64,000 nt of DNA from assembly GCA_963575745.1 (NCBI GenBank), contig CAUYUJ010000006.1, positions 1 through 64,000 of the forward strand, in the 5' to 3' direction. Position 1 is the first letter of the stretch; every line of letters starts with the position of its first letter. This DNA comes from Prorocentrum cordatum. Taxonomy: Eukaryota. The notes under the pieces were generated by a model that was given only the letters and a program-made list of their open reading frames with translations, was not told where the DNA came from and searched no databases. Both the position numbers and the translations under genes were made by a program. Below are positions 25,466 to 35,371 of this stretch, piece after piece.

Positions 25466-27929
25466 TCAGGAACTCAGACACAACGACCGTGGGGTGGAGG
25501 GAAGAGTCATCACGATGGGCATGCTCATGCAGGCTCGTGCGTCTTTGAAGCCTGGCACGGCACCCGGCAGCGATGGAGTCGTTGCGGAGGTCATTCGTGA
25601 GTTGCCGTGGAGGAGCCTCTTGTTTGTGCGGCGTGCTTTCCAGAGGATTTTCGAGCAGGGAGCCTCCAGCCCTGAGACGTGGAGGCAGCTCAGTATCCAA
25701 CTTGTGCCGAAGATGCGGGATGCTACACGACTCTCCAACACCAGAGGGATTTGCCTGATCAGTGTGATGAGTAAATGGTACATGGCATGTGTGTTGCAGT
25801 TTATTGATGTATTTCCTGTGAACCGACGGTTGTGCACATACGGATTTGAAAAGGATCAGAAGGTTACTAACGTCACGGCACCACTATCACATCTTACTAG
25901 ACATGCAAATGTGTGGGGGAAGGCGGAGTCTATGCACGTGGGAGTCTTGGACATACACAAAGCTTTCGATAATGTCACACTGCACACTATCATCAAGGCC
26001 ATGCTGTACCTTAAGTACCCTGTGTGCCTCATCAGAGCCATTGTGGAGCCCATGCTGGATAACATTGCTACCTTTGAGTTTCAGAACGTGTGCGGCGATG
26101 AGGTGAGATACAACAAATCGGTCCGAACGGGAGGTAAGGAGGGACCCATACTTTTCAATATTGTCTTGGAGGCCATCTGGGGATCTGTGATTCAGACTTG
26201 GGATACCTTAGGATACGGTGTCCGACTGGAAGGGGAGGGGACGGACGGTGCTCTTGTACACCACTTCTTGTGGGCGGACAATGTTGCGCTCTGTGCTGCA
26301 TCGCAGCTCCAGCTACAACAGATGATCGGTATGATGACGGTAACACTCAGACGGGCAGGGATGGACTGGAAGGAGGACTCTTTGGCGTATGTACTTTTTG
26401 GCCAGACGTACACAGGTGGCGATCCGCCGCTGCTCTGCCCGCTCTCGCCAGCCATCTGTGCGATTTCTGGAGATGAGGATCTCCCAGAGCACTTGCGCTC
26501 GACTGTCGTTATGCCGAGGAAGGAGGAGGTGGAGGTACTAGGAGTGAAGCTCAGCTCGGAAATCAAGGGATATCACGGCTTGTATCATCGACTGGAGAAA
26601 GGGAGGAAGGCCTATTTTGCCGACATCCAGTTTTATCGCTCCAGATCGGTCTCACTCAAAGAGAAGTTTCGCAGGTATGCCGCTCGTGTGCAGTCTGTGG
26701 TGTACCACGGATGTATAGGCTGGCCGTGCAATCTACGACTGCTGGAGAGGATTAAGGTCTGGGAGGGGAGGTGTCTCAACGGTATGCGAGGACTACACAA
26801 GAGGGAGGAGGAGACGTGGGAGGAGTTCAGGGACAGGACCACACCGAAGTCATACGAGCTATTCTTGCAGGCTGGCCAATGCAGTCTGCTAGAGAAGGTG
26901 GTCAGAGCCAATTTCGAGTTTGCGTTGGAGCTGGCCCAGTTTCATGATCGGGCCTTCGCCTCCACGGACTTGCGTGGGGCACGAGCCTGGCGTCAGACGC
27001 TGCAGGCCATGTTACACTGTGCGGGGGAATGGTCACTACGGAGGGACACACTTGTATCCATGTTCACGGGAGCCAGGAGGAGGGAAGGTACGAGGAGAGT
27101 GGGAGGGAGAGCGCATGCAAGCACTAACAGCTGGCATTGTCTTATGCTGGCGGCGAGTGGTAATTTACGCTGGTTCAGCATCAAGTGGAATGCGACGGAC
27201 TGGTGGAATGTAGTTGCGTGCATGACAAAAACACAGCCTCGATGGGAGCCCATCTTCAGGAAACCGCCCTGTGCTCCTTGCCCTGTGGATACGTGGGACT
27301 CCCCTGAGGACTCCGACAGGCTCGCTCGTAGGATTGCCCACGGATATAACAACGAAGCTGTCTGGCAGGAGGGCTCGGAGAGCTCATTGTTGGTTGAAAT
27401 GACTGGTGATAGTATGTGTGTGGTGAACTGGGCCCGAGGGATCTGGGAATGCCGTGATCGTTCGTACCGCAGGAGAGTGCACGGTCTACAAAACGATATG
27501 AATCAACTGGCGGAGGATTACGACATCAGGTGTGCCACTGTAGGGACGGATCCGTGGAAGCATATCTACAGAGAGTTCAATTGTGTTGCGGATGAGTTGA
27601 CTTGGGAGGCGAGGAGGGGAAGGACGGGAAGATGGATTGACTTCAGATATTTACGACAACAGAGACATTGTATCAAACGTATCCGTGGAGGATGGGACGG
27701 TGGCGTGAGTGTTGAAGGCTCTGCTCTAGGTTGCTATGTGGAGGTCTCATTTGGGGACAACCACTGGCGACGAGTTTTCCAGGAGGCTTCTTTACTCCCT
27801 CTGGGGGCCACTGTTACAGATAGCGAGCTCACAGCTTGTGAACGCCTGCTCCAAGGTGTTCGGCAGATTATCTCTGAGATCCTCGGGCCTCCAACCCCAA
27901 AGAGGTTGAGAGGGCGTGAGGGACCCTAG
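25464..27929 (+). CDS. Non-LTR reverse transcriptase plus circularly permuted RNase H-like domain (about 820 codons, N-terminus missing)
   Basis: RT motifs LKPGTAPGSDG, RGICLIS, YGF, LDIHKAFDNV, SVRTGGKEGPILF, LWADN (26271) and VLG. RNase H motifs GDS (27405), HIYREFNCVAD (27561), WDGG (27693) and SEL (27822). The first 88 aa of the listed 25200 ORF come from the host element. Confidence 0.9.
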   Translation, partial: FQELRHNDRGVEGRVITMGMLMQARASLKPGTAPGSDGVVAEVIRELPWRSLLFVRRAFQRIFEQGASSPETWRQLSIQLVPKMRDATRLSNTRGICLISVMSKWYMACVLQFIDVFPVNRRLCTYGFEKDQKVTNVTAPLSHLTRHANVWGKAESMHVGVLDIHKAFDNVTLHTIIKAMLYLKYPVCLIRAIVEPMLDNIATFEFQNVCGDEVRYNKSVRTGGKEGPILFNIVLEAIWGSVIQTWDTLGYGVRLEGEGTDGALVHHFLWADNVALCAASQLQLQQMIGMMTVTLRRAGMDWKEDSLAYVLFGQTYTGGDPPLLCPLSPAICAISGDEDLPEHLRSTVVMPRKEEVEVLGVKLSSEIKGYHGLYHRLEKGRKAYFADIQFYRSRSVSLKEKFRRYAARVQSVVYHGCIGWPCNLRLLERIKVWEGRCLNGMRGLHKREEETWEEFRDRTTPKSYELFLQAGQCSLLEKVVRANFEFALELAQFHDRAFASTDLRGARAWRQTLQAMLHCAGEWSLRRDTLVSMFTGARRREGTRRVGGRAHASTNSWHCLMLAASGNLRWFSIKWNATDWWNVVACMTKTQPRWEPIFRKPPCAPCPVDTWDSPEDSDRLARRIAHGYNNEAVWQEGSESSLLVEMTGDSMCVVNWARGIWECRDRSYRRRVHGLQNDMNQLAEDYDIRCATVGTDPWKHIYREFNCVADELTWEARRGRTGRWIDFRYLRQQRHCIKRIRGGWDGGVSVEGSALGCYVEVSFGDNHWRRVFQEASLLPLGATVTDSELTACERLLQGVRQIISEILGPPTPKRLRGREGP

Positions 27930-27982
27930 GGACTCTGCACGGCTAGGGCGCACGCGCCCTGTGTAGCCGACCCCAACACCCA
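25466..27982 (+). mobile_element. 5'-truncated non-LTR retrotransposon with 13-bp TSD, inserted in a family C 3' tail
   Basis: ACAATGGACGCTT at 25453-25465 and 27983-27995. 3' UTR stem-loop followed by a CCCCAACACCCA tail. Confidence 0.9.
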
Positions 27983-28121
27983 ACAATGGACGCTTACAAG
28001 TTGGGTCGGTTGGACGAACTTCGTGAGAGATTTGACCATTCGTTTTGAGATTTGGTATTTTTTGCACCTAAAGTGGATTATTTCGCGTTCGCCAGTGAAT
28101 TCTGAGGTCTATAGGTGCAGT

Positions 28122-31100
28122 ATTCCCGGATAGCTTCTTGGAGAGCTGAGGGTTTCAGATAAGAAGCCGGCGGTGGGTGGTGAGGAGCACACGCCCACCT
28201 CCGCCGGTCCACGATTCTCGCAGCGCCCTGCCGGAACCGGCAGCGGGTCCGGGAACGTGGCTTCCTAGCGTTTCCCAATACGCATGGCTCCAGGGTGCGC
28301 GAAGCGCTTCGGCAGAGCTTCGCAACCCTCGAGAGCTAGTTGGCAAGAAAAATCTCGACGCACCTTTTTCTGACGTTTGGTCAGTTGAAAAGTTTGTTCT
28401 CGAAATTCAACAATCCGTTTGAGCTCTAGTATTTTTTCCCGTCATATTTTACCTTATTCCCGCTCGTCATCTTGATCTCAGCTCGATCGGGTAATTTTTA
28501 CTGCCAAAAAGCGCCCCGGCGGGAGCGGCCGTTTCGAGTTATCTTGATACGCGTTGTCGGTATTCTGTAAGTAACTCGAGCTATAGGGCAGCTGCAGAGC
28601 TGGTAAGCACACCTATCGCATTCTGAATCCAGAGGTCTGAACTCGGTCTTAGCCGAGCTAGGTCCGCAAATCTATTCGTATTATTCGAGTCATCTTGACA
28701 GACGCTCTCGGTTTTCTGTTCTTAACTCGAGCTGTAGGGCAGCTACAGGGCTCATCCTCGCAGACATCGATGGGTAATCATCAGTCGCGTTCTATTGAAC
28801 CGAGAGCTCTGAACTCGACCTGCTGCCCGAGCTAGGTTCGCGAAACTATTCGTATTGTCCGAATGATCTTCAGAAACTTAACTCGGGCTGTAGGGGGGCT
28901 GCAGGGCTTGGAATCACATTAGTGGATTCGCAGACATCAGACGCGCCCGCCTGTCGCATTCAGAGGTCTGAACTCGGTTTGATACTCGAACTGGGTTGTG
29001 AAACTGATTGTTTTTTGTTAGCGTTCGCTTGGGCTGAAAAACTAGTCATTCTTTGGAGTTTTTTCCATACTATATATTGTCAGGAAGCCCTACGAGTCCC
29101 CCGGCGGTAAGACAGGAGACGGTTTACCGCCGGTGCCCAGTTGGCAAGAACTGAACTTTTGACAACTTTTGCTCGGTTAAAACTTTTGCTCTCGGAATTT
29201 GACGATTTGTTTGAGCTCTAGTATTTTTTCCCGTGATTTCCGATCTTATTTCCGCTCGCCATCTTGATCTCAGCTCGATCGGGTGAATATTACTATCGAA
29301 ACGCGTCATGGCGGGATCGGCTGTTTTGAGTCATTTGATACGTGCTGACGGTTTTCTGAACATCACTAGCTTTAGGACAGCTACAGAGCTCGTAAGCCCA
29401 GCTAATCGATGTAGAATGATTAGGCGCGTTCGGCCGTTCAATCGAGAGGTCTGAATTCGGTCTGTCAGCCGAGCTAGGTCTCGAAACCTGTTCGTATTAT
29501 TCGAGACATCTTGATAGGATCTCTCGGTTTTCTACACTTAACTCGAGCTGTAGGACAGCTACAGAGCTGATATTCACAGAAACCGATTCATAATCCCGAG
29601 TTGCGTTTTTCTGTCGAATCCAGAGCTCTGAACTCGGTCTGCTGCCTGGTCGAGTGATCTTGAGAAGTGCTCTCGATTTTCTTCACCCAACTCGCGCTGA
29701 GGGAGCTACAGTGCTGGTAATCACAGGGATCGATTTGAAGACATCAGGCGCGTCCGCCTGTTGAATCCAGAGCTCGGAACTCGGTCTGCTGCCCAAATTA
29801 GATCTGCAAAACTTCTATATTGTTCGAGTCGTTCTCAGAAGTGCTGTCGGTCTTTCTGCACCTAACTCGGGCCTGTAGGGGGGCTGCAGGGCTGGTAATG
29901 ACAGAAGTCGATTCGCAGACATCAGACGCGTCCGACTGTCGCATTCAGAGGTCAACAAATATTCACTATAAGTCGGAATGTTGGATGCTGTCGGTTTTCT
30001 CAACTCAAGTCGAGGTAGGAAGTTCTACGAGTTCTAACCAAGGTTGACGGTTTACCGCCGGCGCCCAGTAATCCCGGAGCGCCGGAGAGCTAGTTGGCAA
30101 GAAAAATCTCGACGAACCTTTTGGTGACTTTTGGTCAGATGAAATTTTTGTTCTCGGAATTCAACAAATCGTTCAAGCTCTAGTATTTTTTCCCATGATA
30201 TTTGATCTTATTCCCGCTCGCCATCTTAATCTCAGCTCGATCGGGTACCTTTTACTGCCAAAAAACACTCCGGCGGGATCGACCGTTTCGAGTCATCTTG
30301 ATTCGCGCTGTCGGTTTTCTCAAGATAACTCGAGCTTGAGGACAGCTACACAGCTGGTAAGCACAGCTAATCGATTCAGAATAATCAGACGCATTCGCCT
30401 GTTGAAACCAGAGGTCTGGTCCGCAAACCTATTCGTATTATTCGAGTCATCTTGAGAGAAGCTCTCGATTTTCTGTACTTAACTCGAGCTACAGGACAGC
30501 TACAGATCTCATACGTACAGAATCTGGGTCAGAATTATCAGTGGCCGTTGTCTGTTGAATCCAGAGCTCTGAGCTCGGTCTGCTGCCCGATCTAGAATCG
30601 CGAAACTATTCGTATTGTTCGAGTCATCTTGAGAGATGCTGTCGGTTCTCTGCACTTAACTCGGACTGTAGGGTGGCTACATGGCTGGACATCCCTGTAA
30701 TCGATTCCGAGACATCAGACGCTTTCGTTTTTCGAATCGAGAGCTCTGAACTCTGTCTGCTGCCCGAATTAGGTCGGCGAAACTATTCGTATTGTTCGAG
30801 ATATCTTGAGAGATGCTGTCGGTTTTCTGCATTTAACTCGGGCTAGGGGGGCTGCATGGCTGGTCATCACTGGAATCGATTCGGAGACATCAGGCGCGTC
30901 CGCTTTTCGAATCAAGAGCTCGGAACTCGGTCGGCTGCCCGAACTAGCTCGTCGAAACTTTTCGTATTGTTGGAGTCATCTGAGAGGTGATGTCGGTTTC
31001 TTGCACTTAACTCGGGCTGTAGGGGACGGCAGGGCTGGAAATCACAGGAATCGATTCAGAGACATCAGACGCGTCCGTCTGTCGCATGCAGAGATCTGAA

Positions 31101-33509
31101 CTCGGTCTGATACTCGAGCTAGGTCTGCCAAACTATTCGTATCGTTCGAGGCATCTTGAGAGGTGCTGTCTGTTTACGCACGTAACTCGGGCTGTAGGAG
31201 AACTACAGAGGGCGTTTGGCTGTTGCATCCGAGAGGTCTGAAATTGCTTGGGCTGAAAAGCAATTTTTTCTGTGTAATTTTCTTCGACATTATATGTTGT
31301 CAGGAAGCTCTACGAGTCCCCCGGCGGTAACAAAGGTTGACGGTTTACCGCCGGCGCCCAGTTTCAGTGCATGTCCTCTTTCCTCTTCGGGTTTTGGACG
31401 CTACCAAGTGGACGCTACCACGTTTGAACATAACTCGTAGAGCTTCCCTGAGCAACTTATGGCTGGAAGCTAAGAGTAATTCTGGCGCACCCCAGAGCTA
31501 GTACCTCGTAGAGCTCTTCGGCATCGATGAGCTAGAGGAATTCCGGCGCGGGGTGGAGCTAGTTGGACCACCCGGCCAGAAAGGACAAAGTGGTAACTTT
31601 TGGGTCGTTTTGTAATTTTTTGAAAGATATTTGACAATTCAGTTTGAGAAAGCAGATTTTTACTCCGAGCATTGACATATAAACTTTGTTCCCTGAGCAG
31701 CTCAGCTCTCTAGAGCCATTTTCAGTACCAGTTCACTTGGAGCAACTGACTTCATGTTGACTCCAAAAAATCTCAACTTGAAGTACCTCGTAGAGCTCTT
31801 CGACATGAATGAGCTAGAGGAATTCCGGCGCGGGGTGGAGCTAGTTGGCCGGCCCGGCCAGAAAGGACAAAGTGGTAACTTTTGGGTGGTTTTGCAAATA
31901 TTTGAAAGATATTTGACAATTCATTTTGAGAAAGCAGATTTTTCGCACCTGTAAACGACTATGAGGGTCTCTGCGTCTTAATATGAGCTCTGTAGGCGCA
32001 CATTTACTATCAAATCACTTGGAGGAACCAACTTCATGTCGACATGAAAAAAAAAAAGAAGGTTGATTTTTCGAGAAATGCCTCCAGAAGCTCTCTCTGC
32101 CGACTCCGAGCTCTCTCACGCGTGAAAAGAGCTCTACGAGGTTCCTGGCGGTGACCACGTTGACGGTTCACCGCCGGCGCCAGCGGTTTTTGTAGGAAAG
32201 CTCCTAGAAGCTCTGGCTTTGATCCTGAGCTTTCTCATGCATGTAAGTAGCTCTACGAGGTTCCCGGCGGTGACCAGGTTGACGGTTCACCGCCGGCGCC
32301 AGTTGGTCGACCCGGCCAGAAAGGACAAAGTGATAACTTTTGGGTGGTTTTGCAATTTTTCGAAAGATATTTGACAATTTATTTAGAAAGCAGATTTTTC
32401 GCACCTGTAAACGACTATGAGGGGGTCTCTCTCTTAGTATGAGCGCTGTAGGCGCACTTTTACTATCAAAACACTTGGGGGAACCATCTTCACGTCGACG
32501 CGAAAAAAAAACAATTTTTCCCTTTTTCGAGAAATGCTTCCAGAAGCTCTCTCTTTCGACTCTGAGCACTCTTACGTGTGGAATGAGCTCTACGAGGTTC
32601 CCGGCGGTGACCAGGTTGACGGTCCACCGCCGGTGCCAGTTGGCAAGAAAAATCTCGACGGAACTTTTGATGACTTTTGGTCGGTTGAAAATTTCGTTCT
32701 CGAAATTCAACAATTCGTTTGAGCTCTAGTATTTTTCCCGTGATATTCGATCTTATTCCCGCTCGTCATCTTGATCTCAGCTCGATCGGGTGAATAATAC
32801 TATCAAAAAGCACGGTGGCGGCATCGGCCGTTTTGAGTCATCTTGCGCGCTGACGGTTTTCTTAACATAACTCGAGCTTTAGAACAGCTACAGAGCTGGT
32901 AAGCCCAGATAATCGATGTAGAATGATTAGGCGTGTTCGTCTGTTGAACCCAGAGGTCTGAACTCGGTCTGCTAGCCGAGCTAGGTCCGCAAACCTATTT
33001 GTATTATTCGAGTCATCTTGGCAGGCGCTCTCGCTTTTCTGTACTTAACTTGAGCTGTAGGACAGCTACATAGCTGATATTTACAGAAACCGATTCAGAA
33101 TCATCCGTTGCGTTTGTCTGTCGAATCGAGAGCTCTGAACTCGGTCTGCTATCTTAAGAAGTGCTCTCGGTTTTCTTCACTCAACTCGCGCTGAGGGTGG
33201 CTACAGTGCTGGTGGTCACAGGAATCGATTTGAAGACATCAGGCGCGTCCGCCTGTCGCATCGAGAGCTCCGAACTCGGTCTGCTGTCTGAATTAGGTCT
33301 GCGAAACTACTGTATTGTTCGTCATCCTGAGAGGCTGTCGGTTTTTTGCACTTAACTCGGGCTGTAGGGGGGATTGTGAGGTCAGAAAATATTCACTATG
33401 AGTCCGAATGTTGGTAGGTGCTGTCGGTTTTCTCAACTTAAGTCGAGCTAGGAAGCTCTACGAGTCTGCCGGCGGAAACCAAGGTTGACGGTTTACCGCC
33501 GGCGCCCAG
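28122..33509 (+). mobile_element. Further C fragment, A copies (3' ends at 29140, 30068, 31361, 33509) and nested B copies (31784-32183 inside 31502-32302)
   Basis: Diagnostic termini and bodies; more diverged than copies to the left. Confidence 0.7.
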
Positions 33510-33969
33510 TTCGTTTTAGCTCTTCGTTATCGATGAGCTAGAGGAATTCCGGCGCGGGGTGGAGCTAGTTGGCCGACCCGGCCAGAAAGGACAAAGTGAT
33601 AACTTTTGGGTGGTTTTGCAAATATTTGAAAGATATTTGACAATTCATTTTGAGAAAGCAGATTTTTCGCACCTGTAAAAGGTTATAAGAGCCTCAGCGT
33701 CTTAATATGAGCTCTCTGGGCGCACTTTTACTCCGAAACACTTGGGGGAACCAACTTTGTTTCGACATCAAAAAAAATAATGTTGTTTTTTTTGAGAATT
33801 GCCTCCAGAAGCTCTCTCTTTCGACTCCCAGCTCTCTCACACGTGGAAAGAGCTCTACGAAGTTCCTGGCGGTGACTAGGTTGACGGTTCACCGCCGGCG
33901 CCAGTGGGCGCTACCAAGTTTGAACATTCGTTTTAAGAACCCGGTATTTTTCGCACCTGTAGTGGGTTG

Positions 33970-34260
33970 TTTCCGGAGAGCTCGCTGAGAGCTAAAGGGT
34001 TTAAGATTAGAAGCCAGACGGTGGTGGTGCCCCAGGAGCTTTCCACGGCGGTCGACGTTCCCCGCAGCGCCCCCGGCGGCCCGGCAACTGGTCCGGGGGA
34101 GCTTCCGGCAAGCTTCCACGCGTGCCTGCATGCGTGCAGGCACGCATGGAAGTGTTTCTGGCAGCGATTCCGCAGCGCGCCAGGGGGTCACCCCTAGGCT
34201 TTCCAGGAAAGATTTCCCGTCCCCGAGATTCTCTTCGCTCCAGGTTTTGGACGCTACCAA
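33970..34260 (+). mobile_element. Family D element (relative of C)
   Basis: 5' TTCCGGAGAGC and tail TTTTGGACGCTACCAA. Related 3' ends GCTCTCCGGGGTTTCGACGCTACCAAGAGGACGCTACCAAG at 37489-37529 and at 31385-31422. Confidence 0.6.
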
Positions 34261-34555
34261 TGTCGCGTCTGCCGATAAATTCCAAGATCCTTAGCTGCAG
34301 TATTACTATCAAAACGCTTGGCGGAACCGTCGCTGGTAAGAACTAAAAAAACTTACCGTTTGAAGTATCCAGCTCGCGTATCAGAAAAGCTTCTGCCACG
34401 TGTTCTAAGCAGCGCCGTGCGAGGGAAGAGCTCTTCGAGGATCGCGGCGGTTTTCTGGTTGGCGGTTTAGCGCCGGCTCCCAGTTGTTGCTGGAAGCTTA
34501 AGAGTAATTCCGGGGCGCTGGAGAGCTAGTTGGCAAGAAAAATCTCGACGGACCA

Positions 34556-35371
34556 CACCTCGTAGAGCTCTTCGGCATCGATGAGCTAGAGCAATTCCGG
34601 CGCGGGGTGGAGCTAGTTGGTCGACCCGGCCAGAAAGGATAAAGTGAAACTTTTGGGTGGTTTTGCAATTTTTTGAAAGATATTTGACAATTCATTTTGA
34701 GAAAGCGGATTTTTCGCACCTGTAAACGACTATGAGGGCCTCTCTGTCTTAGTATGAGCTCCGTAGGCGCTTTTTTACTATCAAAACACTTGGAGCAACC
34801 ATCTTCATGTCGACACGAAAAAATCAATTTTCCCCTTTTCGAGATGCTCCCAGAAGATCTCTCTTTCGACTCGGAGCCTCTTACGCGTGAAAGGAGCTCT
34901 ACGAGGTTCCCGGCGGCGACCAGGTTGACGGTTCACCGCCGGCGCCAGTTTGATGACTTTTGGTTGGTTGAAAATTTTGTTCTCGAAATACCTCGTAGAG
35001 CTCTTCGTCATCGATGAGCTAGAGGAATTCCGGCGCGGGGTGGAGCTAGTTAGCCGACCCGGCCAGAAAGGACAATGTGACAACTTTTGGGTGGTTTTGC
35101 AATTTTTTGAAAGATATTTGACAATTTATTTCGAGAAAGCAGATTTTTCGCACCTGTAAACGACTATGAGCCTCTCTCTGTTAGTATGAGCTCTGTAGGC
35201 GCACTTTTACTATCAAAACACTTGGAGGAACCATCTTCATGTCGACACGAAAGACATCAATTTTGTCTTTTCCGAGAAATGCTTCCAGGAGCTCTCTCCT
35301 ACGTTACGCGTGAAATGAGCTCTACGAGGTTCCCGGCGGTGAGCAGGTTGACGATTCACCGCCGCCGCCAG
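34556..35371 (+). mobile_element. Two intact B elements (34556-34948, 34989-35371) inserted 40 bp apart in one A element
   Basis: Flanks of the second, TTCTCGAAA | TTCAACAATTCG, rejoin the A consensus exactly. Confidence 0.8.
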
